Counted from the first letter of the stretch, positions 36,601 to 45,396 are shown. The stretch: 54,486 bases of DNA from a virus (IMGVR_UViG_3300031957_002087:1-54486); one strand, 5' to 3'. The notes: a model not told the origin generated them from the letters alone. Numbers and translations: made by a program.

Positions 36601-39600
36601 AGCGGGCGGCTATGACGGCGTCATCGTCGAGAACATGCGCGACGACGCGTCGTCAGGCGGTGAGCAGGCGACTGTCTACATCACCGCGAAGGCCACGCAG
36701 ATCAAGTCCGCCACCGGCAACCGTGGCACGTTCGATCCGGCTGACCCGAGGATCAATTTCGCACGCCGCCAAGGCGCTGCCATTGACGAGCAGATCGTCG
36801 GCGGCACGGTCCAGTACCGTCTAAGCCCGGAGTTCGTCGACAAGGCGGAAAGCGTTCGCAAGGCGCTGCGCCAGAAGCTCGACGCCATGGGCCTGCCGGG
36901 GATCGGTCTTCGCGTCTGGGAATCGATGCGCGCCGCCATGGACGGGCAGACCTTCATCGTCGACGGCCAGTATCTGCGCGGGATGATCGACGTGGCGTTC
37001 GACTATTCCGACCCGGAGTCCACGGTCGACCACGAAGCGATCCACGCCATGAGCGCGCTCGGACTGTTCTCGGACAATGAATGGGCGATCCTGTCGCGCA
37101 AGTCCAAGAAGGAATGGATCGGCAAATACGACATCGCCCGGAATTATGGCATGTTCCCCGAGGACGTGCAGATCGAGGAAGGCATCGCTCACGCCTATGC
37201 CGACTGGGCCACAGGTGGCCGGATGGATGGCGTCATTGCCGCCTCTTTCAAGAAGATCAAGGCGCTGCTGAAGGGACTTTACCAGGCGCTCACCGGGGCC
37301 GGGTTCTCGACGGTCGAGGACATCTTTGCCGAGGTGGCATCGGGCAAGATAGGTAACCGCACGGTAGACTCGCAGGGGCGCGGCAAGCCGAAGTTCTCGT
37401 CGCGGCCAGAGACCGAAGTGGTCGATACCGTCGACGGTCCGCGCGAGCAGTTGGTCATCCCCGGCGCCGAACGCATCCGCGACAAGGACCTCGCCGAGCG
37501 CAAGATGGAAGGCCGCAAGGGTTCTGACAAGGCGCAGAAGTCCGTCGGCGACCTGCCGCTGTTCTCCGACGAGAAGGACCAGTTGTCGCTGTTCCAGTCC
37601 GTCTGGCACGGTACGCCACATGAGTTCGACAAGTTCATGCTGGACAAGATCGGCACGGGCGAGGGCAATCAGTCGTTCGGCTGGGGACTGTACTTCGCAT
37701 CGAAGAAGGAGATCGCGGAGCATTATCGCAAGACACTCTCCAACTCCAGTGTGGTCTATCCAGACGGCACACAGCAGAAGGTCGAGACCGTCGGCGAGAT
37801 AGATGCACTCGTCGAGAAGTTCCCGGCAGAGGCCGAGCGCCTTGGCCTAGACAGCGGCATCGAGAACCGCGACGTGCGCAAGCTCATGTTTTCGAGCACC
37901 ATTGCTGATGTCGCCACGTCAGGCTTTGTCGAGACCGATTGGAGCGAGGGCGCGGACATCATCGAGGCTGCTCGCCGCTATCTTGAAAAGAAGCGCCACG
38001 AAGCCCCCGATCACCTTGAGGCCACCTATGTTCCCCGCGCCACGGCGATCGAAGTTGGCAAGGTCTACCAGCGGGCGATTGACCTCATTGACAAGATGAA
38101 GGACGCGGGCCTGAGTTCGGTCAAGGGCAAGCTCTACCAGGCCGACATCCCCAACGACAGCGAACTACTGGTCTGGGATAAGGAACTCGCTGACCACCCT
38201 GCGGACATGCAAGAAAAGGTTGTCGAGGCGTTCCAGAGCTTTATCCCTGGCTTCCGCCCTGATCGCGAACGGTCCGTCATGTCAATTATCACAGACCTGA
38301 CACTAGCGGCCGGCCAAGCTGGCTTTTCCGGGGATAGCGCAAGGCGGGCCGCCTCAGAAGCCCTGCGCGCGGCCGGCATCCCAGGCCACAGGTATCTGGA
38401 CAACACGTCCCGCGCGGCTGGTGACGGCTCCTACAACTACGTCATCTACGACGAGAACGCGATCAGGATCGAAGCCCGCTTCAAGATCACGTCACAGTCG
38501 GTCGCCAAGGTTCGCAAGGCTGCGTCTGGCGCGCTCGGTCGCCGCATCATGTCGGCCATCAAGCGCGGCAAGCCTGACCCGGAGACGGTCGGTGAATACT
38601 CGCACCGCAAGATGATCGACTATCTGCACCCGCTGCGCGTGATGACGGAGAGCGTCGGCGCCAACCTGCACGATGCGATGAACGCCTATCTGCAGGCACG
38701 CCTCGCAGACGACGCCACGGTATCCCGCATCCAGCAGATGCACGACACATTCGTCACGCCCATGGTGGATGCGCTGGCGCGGTCAGGCGCCTCGCTGGAA
38801 GACCTGCACGACTATCTCTATGCCCGCCATGCCCCGGAGCGGAATCGCGTCGTCGGGCTGCGCAATGAGCCTGGCAGCGATCTCCACAACGCGGTGACTG
38901 ATCATGACGTGAAGGGCGCTTCCGGCTGGTCGACGAACGAGGCCAAGAAGGTCCTTGCCCGTCTGCGCACAGATCCAGAGAAGTTTGCCGGCATTCAGGA
39001 AGCTGCTCGGCATATGCGGGCCATGCTCGACGCCAACCTTTTGGAGCAGAAGCAGGCCGGGCTCATCTCCGACGAAAGCTATGATCTGCTCACGAAGCAG
39101 TGGCTGAACTACGTGCCCCTTCGCAGCAACGATGCCGTAGACGACAATGGCGATTTCTCGCCCGGCCGTGGACGCGGGTTCGATGTCCGAGGCGACGAGT
39201 TCCAGGCTGCCACGGGACGTTTCTCTGAAGCCGAGAATATCCCCGCATGGGGCATCACCCTTGGCGAGCGGACGCACTTGCGGTCCGAGCACAACAACGT
39301 CGGCAAGGCAGTCCTGCGCTTCCTCTCGCGATACGATCCAAAGGGCGAGAAGATCGCCCGCGTCTATTGGTCCGGCGAGGTGCCGTTCGGGAACATCGAG
39401 AAAGCGCCGGAAGTAAAGCGCCGGGTCATCAATGCCGAGGGCGTGGCAGTCGACAAGGTTGTGCCGCCGTCGACGATCTCGCCCACCATGTTCGCCGTCA
39501 AGGATGGCGGGCGCGTCTACTATGTGGAGTTTGCCGACGAGAAAGTCGGGGCCGCGCTCAAGAACATGGGCGTCATGCACCTTGACGTCGTGTCGAGGCT

Positions 39601-41269
39601 GGCCCGCAAGTGGACGGGCTTCCAATCCCTGATCAACACCAGGGCGAACCCGGCGTTCGTGCCGATCAATATCATTCGTGACGCGGCAACCGGCGGCATC
39701 CATCTTCTCGACGAGGGGTTCACTGCCGCCGAAGCAACCAAGATCGTGGCGTCCATCCCGAAGGCGTGGGGCGCGCTGTGGCGCAATGCGCGCGGCCGAC
39801 CGGGATCAGGCAAGGTCGACGCGGCCCTGAAGGAATACATCGCTGCCGGCGGCAAAATATCATTCGAGCCGCACAAGACGCTCGAGGATACGGTCAACGA
39901 ACTGCGCGGGCATATGCGCGATGCGATGAACGGAAAGTCGAAGCCGAAGGCGGCATGGCAGGCTTTCGTCAAGTTCGTCGGGGATCTGAACGACGCTGGC
40001 GAAAACGGCATGCGCCTGGCGGCCTATATGGCAGCGCGCTCAAAAGGGCGTAGCGTCAAGCAGGCAGCGTTCCTTGGCCGTGATCTGACGGTCGACTTCA
40101 AGAAGCACGGCGAAGTCGGCCCCTTCATGAACTCTTGGTTCGTGTTCTTCAACGCGAGCATCCAGGGCAACTACAATATCGGTGCGCGCCTGCTGAAGTC
40201 CAAGAAGGTGCGCCGTGCCGCGTTCATGATCGCAGCCAGTGGCGTTCTCCTTGACCTCTGGAATCGCACCGTTGCGGGTGGCGACGATGACGATGACGAG
40301 AACTACTATGTGAAGATGCTGCGCAACGAGCCTTGGAAGTTCGAGCGCCAGATGGTCATCTTCTACGGGAGCGGCGAGGGCGACTATTTCTCGATCCCGC
40401 TGCCCTATGGCTACAACGCCATGCACCATATGGGCTTGCAGGCGAGCGCCGCGGCGTTTGGCGATGTCGACCCGCTAGAGGCCATCATAAAGACCGTTCG
40501 GGTGACTTTCGATGCCTTCAACCCTATCGGGTCAGGAGGTCATTGGCTCAATATCTTCCTGCCGACAGTCTTTGACCCTGCGATCGAGATCGCAACCAAC
40601 CAATCGTTTACCGGCGCGCCTATCAGCCCGACCCGCTATCCTGGGGACCACTCGCCCGACTCGCAGAAGCATTTCGCGGCAACGCCCGATGCGTTCCAGA
40701 AGACGGCCGAGTTCTTCAATTGGGCGACGGGCGGCAATGAGATTGAGCCCGGCGCCGTCGACGTTTCGCCGGACACCATCGAGCATCTTTGGGGATACGT
40801 GGTCGGCGGCATTGGCCGGTTCTTTGGCCAGACTGTAGACGTGGCCGGGAAGGTTGCGACGGGCAGGACCGACGAGCTCGAGTGGGAGCACATTCCGATC
40901 GTCAAGTCGTTCCGTGGCAAATACGACGACGACGCTCGCCGTGCAGAATACTACCGCCTACGCGAAGAAGTGCAGACGGCAAGGGAATATTACGTCGACT
41001 ATCTGGAGTCTGGAAACGAGGAAGCCGCGGAGGACTTCAAGTCGCGATACCCGATAGAGGTCGAGGCGATTGGTGTGTTCGACGGTGCGGAGAAGCAACT
41101 GCGCCGCGCACGAAAGGCGAAGCGCGCCATTGAACTGGATAAGAGCCTGTCTCGCGCCGAGAAGGACGAGAAGCTGAAGCCCATTCAGGAGATCGAGATG
41201 GAGATCATGAACTCTGCGCGGGCGCTGTACGCGGGGATCAGGAGGGAGCAGTCGGGGCGGAACGACTAG
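33644..41269 (+). CDS. Giant polyvalent internal virion protein (TM region, ParB-like, ART-PolyVal-like, HExxH peptidase-like, LPD23-like, LPD38-like)
   Basis: LKPTQ..DGHHQW; FKRWFG.SKVVDENGEP.VVYHGT...QIKSATGNRGTFD; HEAIH..EE; WHGTPH.FDKF...IGTGEG.Q.FGWGLYF; TVDF.K.G...FFNASIQG...IPLPYG. Confidence 0.85.
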   Translation: MDNLFGDLIPAAPAGGGLFDDLVPKAKERATAGQAFGRGVDQAQGMLYGGVEAIGEAVGSETITDFGREGRERNAEEAAAYPEQQSAFGIRSAGDAGQWAKETFAGQAPMLAAPLAGAVAGGAIGSVVPVVGTTIGALIGAAIPSFLMGSGEIQGAIKEKDPDASAPGYALGGGAAVAALDTVLPGKIGTRLLKAAGLDIAEQVAKKVLLTRVGTEIGKGAATEGVTEAIQSVITEATAAQATGQELSPDWWQQAIEEGLAGALIGGSVQGATGIPTPKEKALGVDAETGLPEGAAPADTLFGAEPGTEAAPARETPSPLDRVVPELKDAPRPANEPMPVAPDLDRADSPRLTEADRASPLPNDLIDDGKRIMAEATGEPSVDDGSMLRAAQEAYPAQEMPTAPDLDRRAPAGAELSIAPDLDTGVFADLVPASKGEWQQFGPETGTLNIPRSEMPQIKAEHRGAMVNFLEAKGIGHREETVAAGDLKPTQAEFSRSKVNKAKGFEGGDRSILVSSDGHVLDGHHQWLAAREAGEPVKIMRLDAPIADLLPLAHEFPSSKLSVGKTKRDTAPRDIVQFLAAQGGIRDHRGELKSAGAAKHFVPGVGRLVRDIGMDLDKAREAAEEAGYLGQAGEYQTSTVADLLNAIDSTLRGERVYSRADAGRAEDRRALNQLQGGDSRQVAVREELEAILKEVGGRLLPGEIDEAMILITQEGAWPEEAIAEVMERGALAFEAETHDNAGQGEARYDVPFDTGAEDRAGAQAAYPVGNREGPEQRAEAGSPSPRREPGGGEQARAADAKPQEAELATERGAEGKPQAVIPGAERASDATMAQRKADAPLKAKVEQKDVGGLFGDDSKQTDLMDLPGARGEPKFSRRAITDTDAFKRWFGSSKVVDENGEPMVVYHGTQEKIKAFTGKREVWLGGSDDNVVDAEVAFFTDNRSTARSYGKNTTPSYLSLQNPLIVDAGGANYSGFVPAAYIGEALAGGYDGVIVENMRDDASSGGEQATVYITAKATQIKSATGNRGTFDPADPRINFARRQGAAIDEQIVGGTVQYRLSPEFVDKAESVRKALRQKLDAMGLPGIGLRVWESMRAAMDGQTFIVDGQYLRGMIDVAFDYSDPESTVDHEAIHAMSALGLFSDNEWAILSRKSKKEWIGKYDIARNYGMFPEDVQIEEGIAHAYADWATGGRMDGVIAASFKKIKALLKGLYQALTGAGFSTVEDIFAEVASGKIGNRTVDSQGRGKPKFSSRPETEVVDTVDGPREQLVIPGAERIRDKDLAERKMEGRKGSDKAQKSVGDLPLFSDEKDQLSLFQSVWHGTPHEFDKFMLDKIGTGEGNQSFGWGLYFASKKEIAEHYRKTLSNSSVVYPDGTQQKVETVGEIDALVEKFPAEAERLGLDSGIENRDVRKLMFSSTIADVATSGFVETDWSEGADIIEAARRYLEKKRHEAPDHLEATYVPRATAIEVGKVYQRAIDLIDKMKDAGLSSVKGKLYQADIPNDSELLVWDKELADHPADMQEKVVEAFQSFIPGFRPDRERSVMSIITDLTLAAGQAGFSGDSARRAASEALRAAGIPGHRYLDNTSRAAGDGSYNYVIYDENAIRIEARFKITSQSVAKVRKAASGALGRRIMSAIKRGKPDPETVGEYSHRKMIDYLHPLRVMTESVGANLHDAMNAYLQARLADDATVSRIQQMHDTFVTPMVDALARSGASLEDLHDYLYARHAPERNRVVGLRNEPGSDLHNAVTDHDVKGASGWSTNEAKKVLARLRTDPEKFAGIQEAARHMRAMLDANLLEQKQAGLISDESYDLLTKQWLNYVPLRSNDAVDDNGDFSPGRGRGFDVRGDEFQAATGRFSEAENIPAWGITLGERTHLRSEHNNVGKAVLRFLSRYDPKGEKIARVYWSGEVPFGNIEKAPEVKRRVINAEGVAVDKVVPPSTISPTMFAVKDGGRVYYVEFADEKVGAALKNMGVMHLDVVSRLARKWTGFQSLINTRANPAFVPINIIRDAATGGIHLLDEGFTAAEATKIVASIPKAWGALWRNARGRPGSGKVDAALKEYIAAGGKISFEPHKTLEDTVNELRGHMRDAMNGKSKPKAAWQAFVKFVGDLNDAGENGMRLAAYMAARSKGRSVKQAAFLGRDLTVDFKKHGEVGPFMNSWFVFFNASIQGNYNIGARLLKSKKVRRAAFMIAASGVLLDLWNRTVAGGDDDDDENYYVKMLRNEPWKFERQMVIFYGSGEGDYFSIPLPYGYNAMHHMGLQASAAAFGDVDPLEAIIKTVRVTFDAFNPIGSGGHWLNIFLPTVFDPAIEIATNQSFTGAPISPTRYPGDHSPDSQKHFAATPDAFQKTAEFFNWATGGNEIEPGAVDVSPDTIEHLWGYVVGGIGRFFGQTVDVAGKVATGRTDELEWEHIPIVKSFRGKYDDDARRAEYYRLREEVQTAREYYVDYLESGNEEAAEDFKSRYPIEVEAIGVFDGAEKQLRRARKAKRAIELDKSLSRAEKDEKLKPIQEIEMEIMNSARALYAGIRREQSGRND
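35886..36065 (+). CDS. Nested out-of-frame 59-aa basic helical protein
   Basis: AAGGAG RBS; 51/59 codons end in G/C (hand count) while the main frame is locally A/T-ending and low complexity. Confidence 0.6.
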   Translation: MTSRLTPEQRTALAHKLLIRSATGKGLSKEQKQEARRHAGNLEAANKLEQRMQNRKKLN

Positions 41270-41854
41270 CTATTCCAACCAACCCCATTTCACACGATCC
41301 CGAATGCTTCGGATGGTCCGCCGGCTTACCCCGAACTGCGCAGCGATCATTGTTTGAGTTGTCGTTCCGAGCAGGGTTCTGATCATCCTGACGTCTGCTT
41401 CTGATAGCTTTGCACCACCGTTGCGAGTCCCGCGATTGACGGTCCCATGATCGTTTTTGTCCGCCATGTTTTCTGCACGGGTAGCCCATCTAACGTGCGA
41501 CCTAGCCACGCAACCATGCTGACCTCCATTGCAGCGGTGTGCAGTATCGTAGTCCGGCGCGGGCGGTGGCCCGTGCTGTTCCTCGCAGGCCAATCGAGCA
41601 ACGAGTTGGTTGCGGCCGTCTAGCAACAGGTGGGCGTAACCGGCACTGTTCCTGGCATACGGCCAGATCAGGCATTCATCGCCTTGGTAGGCGAGCACGA
41701 CGTCTTTCAAATATCGCTGAGGTTCGCCGTTGAAGGTCCCACCGCCGAGCGGGTCCCCATAGAACTGCCATCGCTGATAGTGGGCTGAACACCAGCCGCG
41801 CTTGATTGCCAACTTGCTGCAATTCGGAATCGAGCATATTCGGGGAGTAGCCAT
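41270..41854 (-). CDS. HNH endonuclease (N-terminal Zn finger, C-terminal HTH)
   Basis: CSIPNC...RGWCSAHYQRW; CLIWP; AHRCNGG..GCV..H.RWATRAENMAD..HGT; GAKLSEADV. Confidence 0.88.
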   Translation of the reverse strand: MATPRICSIPNCSKLAIKRGWCSAHYQRWQFYGDPLGGGTFNGEPQRYLKDVVLAYQGDECLIWPYARNSAGYAHLLLDGRNQLVARLACEEQHGPPPAPDYDTAHRCNGGQHGCVARSHVRWATRAENMADKNDHGTVNRGTRNGGAKLSEADVRMIRTLLGTTTQTMIAAQFGVSRRTIRSIRDRVKWGWLE

Positions 41855-42052
41855 TTCAGCCTCTCGACAGGTTGTTTTGGTCAGAGCCCGTCGCGGTGGT
41901 GAGACACCCGGCGGGTTCGCTGTTTCTAGCACATCTGTTGCGAGAAAAGAAGCAGTGCGGCGCCGACCGCGAGTAGCCACAAGGGCAGCCCGAGCAAGGG
42001 CAGGAAGCTCATCGGCAGAGAACTATTCCATCAACATCGGAAGGACAAGACC

Positions 42053-42805
42053 ATGATCCCAGCGGACTGGATGCCGCAGGCAAAGATTTCGCGCGTCGTC
42101 CTGCATTGGACGGCAGGTAGCCACAAGGCTTCGGACTTCGACCGCCAGCACTATCATGTCCTGATCGAGGGCGACGGCAAGGTTGTGAAGGGTTTCCCGT
42201 CGATCGCAGCCAACAGCCTTCCGCGCGTTCGGCCGGGCTATGCGGCCCATACCAGGTCGTGCAATTCCGGTTCGATCGGCGTGTCGCTGTGCTGCATGGC
42301 GAACGCGGTGGAGCGGCCCTTCAATGCCGGCAAGTACCCGCTCACCAAGTCGCAGTGGGCGGAAGCCTCAAGCGTGGTCGCCGCGCTGTGCAAGCACTAT
42401 GGCATCAAGGTCACGCCCGAGACGGTGCTGTCTCATGCCGAGGTGCAGGGCAACCTTGGGATAGCCCAAAAAGGCAAGTGGGATATAGCTGTCCTGCCGT
42501 TCGATCCGATGACCTACAACACGGCCGGGAAGGTCGGTGACAGGTTCCGGGCAGAGGTGGCAGCCAAGATGGCCGGCAAACCCGCCCAGGCTGCAAAGCC
42601 CGCGCCCGCGCCCGTAGCGCCGCCGCCAGCGCCCGATCCGGCTCCTGCCCCTGTTCCGCAGCCTCCGGCACAGAAACCCGCGCCTACGCCCGCCCCTGTG
42701 GCGAAGAAGAAGCCTGCGCTTCTGGTGACAATCGGCGGGGCCATCGCGGCCGTCGCGATCTACTGGTGGCAGAGCATCACCGAATGGGTATCGAGCATTT
42801 TCTAA
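42053..42805 (+). CDS. Endolysin, N-acetylmuramoyl-L-alanine amidase with Pro/Ala linker and C-terminal hydrophobic helix
   Basis: VLHWTAG, YHVLI..DG, AHT..CNSGSIGVSL, LSHAEV, GKWDI. Confidence 0.88.
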   Translation: MIPADWMPQAKISRVVLHWTAGSHKASDFDRQHYHVLIEGDGKVVKGFPSIAANSLPRVRPGYAAHTRSCNSGSIGVSLCCMANAVERPFNAGKYPLTKSQWAEASSVVAALCKHYGIKVTPETVLSHAEVQGNLGIAQKGKWDIAVLPFDPMTYNTAGKVGDRFRAEVAAKMAGKPAQAAKPAPAPVAPPPAPDPAPAPVPQPPAQKPAPTPAPVAKKKPALLVTIGGAIAAVAIYWWQSITEWVSSIF

Positions 42806-42817
42806 GGAGCAACGACC

Positions 42818-43030
42818 ATGTGGAAGCGCATCAAGAAATTCTTCGCCGACAGTGAGACGATCTTCTGGGCCCGCGCTCAGGCGGCACTCGGCATCATTGC
42901 CGGCATCGTGACCTACGTCGACCCGCAGGTTCTGGCGCCGATCATTCCCGGCGACTGGTTCCCGGCGTTCCTCGTCGTCAACGGTGTGCTGACTGAGTAC
43001 CTGCGCCGCCGCCGAGAGGATGACCTGTGA
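42818..43030 (+). CDS. Holin-like membrane protein
   Basis: AAGGAG RBS; two hydrophobic segments, charged C-terminus. Confidence 0.65.
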   Translation: MWKRIKKFFADSETIFWARAQAALGIIAGIVTYVDPQVLAPIIPGDWFPAFLVVNGVLTEYLRRRREDDL

Positions 43031-43323
43031 TGGCCGATGTTAAGACGGAACCGGTCGTGGCAACGCTTTGCGAAGACATTGATGAAGTGCGAGGCAAAGC
43101 CGGTGCGTTCGAGTTCTACCAGGAAGGCGAACGCTATCCAGCCGGGATGATCTACTGCTGCCCATGCGGCTGCGGCGCTACCGGGAGCTTATCATTCCGC
43201 CCACACGCTTCCCCGGCGTGGGAATGGAATGGTGACCGCGAGAAGCCGACGCTCAAACCTTCTGTCCACCATGTCGGCCACTGGCACGGCTGGCTCACGG
43301 ACGGCGTCTGGAGGTCCTGCTGA
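43030..43323 (+). CDS. DUF6527-like Cys/His protein
   Basis: CPCGCG...W.WNGDREKPTL.PSV...HWHGWLTDG.W. Confidence 0.7.
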   Translation: MADVKTEPVVATLCEDIDEVRGKAGAFEFYQEGERYPAGMIYCCPCGCGATGSLSFRPHASPAWEWNGDREKPTLKPSVHHVGHWHGWLTDGVWRSC

Positions 43324-43550
43324 TGGAGTTCCTTCTCGGCAAGACAGGGCTGCTCGCCGCCGCGGCGACGGCCATCATCACCGGCCTGATCTGGCTCACT
43401 CACACGATGAAGAAGGCCGGCCGCGACGCATACAAGGCAAAGGAGCTCGATGCCTATGAAAAGCACATCAACGATATTGCTCGTTCTGCTGCCGCTCGCC
43501 CTCGCGGCGGGGTGTCAGACGATCCCTACAACCGCGACAACCGGAAGTAA
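43323..43550 (+). CDS. i-spanin (Rz-like)
   Basis: N-terminal TM, ends DDPYNRDN; overlaps a lipoprotein ORF. Confidence 0.7.
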   Translation: MEFLLGKTGLLAAAATAIITGLIWLTHTMKKAGRDAYKAKELDAYEKHINDIARSAAARPRGGVSDDPYNRDNRK

Positions 43551-43671
43551 GCCGGAATGCCTGATCTGGCTGCCGCAGGACTTTTCGGCGTCGGAAGACA
43601 GCAAGGAAACCGTCGACGGCATTCGCGCGAAAAACGCGGTGCGTGACGCATACTGCAGGAGCGCAAAATGA
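43456..43671 (+). CDS. o-spanin (Rz1-like lipoprotein)
   Basis: AAGGAG RBS; lipobox LAAGC; C..W...S..DS.ET...I...NA...AYC. Confidence 0.75.
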   Translation: MKSTSTILLVLLPLALAAGCQTIPTTATTGSKPECLIWLPQDFSASEDSKETVDGIRAKNAVRDAYCRSAK

Positions 43672-43775
43672 ACGTTGTCGCATTCCCCTTCGACGCCGCC
43701 ATGCTGATCGGCGCGATACTGATTTTCTTCGCTGGCGCGGTCGTCGGCGGGCTGTTCGTCAAGGCAATGAAGTAA
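43668..43775 (+). CDS. 35-aa single-TM protein
   Basis: AGGAG RBS; MNVVAFPFDAAMLIGAILIFFAGAVVGGLFVKAMK. Confidence 0.5.
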   Translation: MNVVAFPFDAAMLIGAILIFFAGAVVGGLFVKAMK

Positions 43776-43907
43776 GCGGGCCGGACGGTTGTTGACGCAG
43801 CCGCCCGACCCTGACCACGGACGATCGACGGGATCGCCTACGGCTGCGCAGTGCATAGCCCGCCAATGGTTCCCTAATTCTTACACGACAGGAAGAGGCA
43901 GGGCGCC

Positions 43908-44216
43908 ATGATATTCGGACATGACCTGGGGTTCTGGATCGCGGTCGGTGCCGCGGTCATCCTGAAACTCTTCACGTCTCCCTACCACTCGTTCTTCCGC
44001 GCGCTGATGACCATCTTCTCCGCGCTGTTCTTCGCGGTGTTATTCACAGGGCCTGTGGTCGACTGGCTCGGCCTTGACGCACACACCTATGAACGGGCGA
44101 TTGCCGGATTGCTGGCTCTGACCGGCGAGGGGTTCATGCGCATGGTGATCAACCTGACGTCCGACAGCGGGAAGCTGGCCGACTTCATCAACCGGATATG
44201 GAGGGGCAGCAAGTGA
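43908..44216 (+). CDS. Membrane protein, holin-like (3 TM)
   Basis: Three hydrophobic segments; lysis region. Confidence 0.65.
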   Translation: MIFGHDLGFWIAVGAAVILKLFTSPYHSFFRALMTIFSALFFAVLFTGPVVDWLGLDAHTYERAIAGLLALTGEGFMRMVINLTSDSGKLADFINRIWRGSK

Positions 44217-44674
44217 CGTGGTGGCGGCAAACGTTCTCGAGCAAGGATCGCGGCTGGTTCTGGCTGGTGTTTCTCGGCTGGACGAGTATGGCGGCGCTGG
44301 CATTCTTCCCGGCCTCGTTCTGGTTCGAGGTCGAGCGGGTGCATGTGTTCGACACGCGCGACGGCAGATCCCCGGCCATGTATGTCGATCGCACCATCCG
44401 CCGGCCCTTCGTGGCCCGCTGGCTGGTCACGGTCATGCGCGAGGGGAGGGACGGTTTCTTCTCGACTTACTGCCCGCCGGCGCCGGGCCGCAACGATTAC
44501 CGGCCGGGCAGCGGCCTTCCCGATGAACTCGATCTCGAATGGTGGATTGCACCTGCGAAGTGCGCTCTTATCCCCGGCCGCTACCAGGTGCGAACCGTCT
44601 GGACGATGGAGTTCCCCGGCATCATGCCTGAAAAGCAGGTCCGCGCCACATCGAACATCTTCACCGTGAACTGA
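44213..44674 (+). CDS. Membrane-anchored periplasmic hypothetical protein
   Basis: GGAGG RBS, GTGA overlap; N-terminal TM; C.L.PGRY...SNIFTV. Confidence 0.65.
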   Translation: MTWWRQTFSSKDRGWFWLVFLGWTSMAALAFFPASFWFEVERVHVFDTRDGRSPAMYVDRTIRRPFVARWLVTVMREGRDGFFSTYCPPAPGRNDYRPGSGLPDELDLEWWIAPAKCALIPGRYQVRTVWTMEFPGIMPEKQVRATSNIFTVN

Positions 44675-44696
44675 TCATCCCCACCGATTCCAGTCA

Positions 44697-44728
44697 GCCC
44701 CGTGGCCTTCGGGCTGCGGGGTCTTTTT
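44697..44728 (+). terminator. Rho-independent terminator ending the late operon
   Basis: GCCCCGTGGCC-TTCG-GGCTGCGGGGT followed by CTTTTT. Confidence 0.85.
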
Positions 44729-44939
44729 GCGTTTCGAGCGGGATTCTGGTATGTAAATGGTTCGCGTCGGGTAGCGCCCGGCAACCCACCGGAAGAACGG
44801 TGGACGCCCACAGTCGGCAAAGGGGCGGGCCAGTAATCGCGGATCAGAATGTCGCGGTGAATGCCCGCCCAAGCCACTTCCACCCCTCCACAGCCCCTAC
44901 TACGACAGACAGCGCACCGGAGGATGAAGCGGGAGCGGG

Positions 44940-45131
44940 TCATTTCAGAAGAACGGTCTTTTCGCAACTGGGGCACTTGATGGCGGCGTGCGGTTCCGGT
45001 GTATCGCCACCATAGTTCGCGCCGCGATATACCGTTATCACCTCGTTGGGCATATAGCGCAGAACGCTGCCACACTCGCCGCATGTGACCTTCTTGCCCT
45101 TGCCCTGTTCGACAATCTCAACCATCTTCAC
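44940..45131 (-). CDS. Zinc-ribbon hypothetical protein
   Basis: CGECGS...CPSCE; GAGGAG RBS. Confidence 0.7.
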   Translation of the reverse strand: MKMVEIVEQGKGKKVTCGECGSVLRYMPNEVITVYRGANYGGDTPEPHAAIKCPSCEKTVLLK

Positions 45132-45146
45132 TCCTCTTGCGGATAG

Positions 45147-45395
45147 CTATGTACTGAGAGCGGCGGGATCGAGGGTCCAATACTTGATAAGGTCGTCAAC
45201 AAGAACCCAGCCGCCGCCAGCGAAATATGCTGTTGGCATGTTCGGGAAAGCCCCGCCGCCTACGCCTAGCGGGTCATTATCACTAAAGCCCTCGATTGAG
45301 GCGATTCTCCCGTCTGCTTTGGACACAACGTTGAACGGCGCGGCTAGTCCAGCCTTCAACGCTGCTGCAAGGTTCAGTTCTGGTGTCTCGCTCAT
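45147..45395 (-). CDS. Hypothetical protein
   Basis: GAGGA RBS. Confidence 0.6.
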   Translation of the reverse strand: MSETPELNLAAALKAGLAAPFNVVSKADGRIASIEGFSDNDPLGVGGGAFPNMPTAYFAGGGWVLVDDLIKYWTLDPAALST

Positions 45396-45396
45396 T

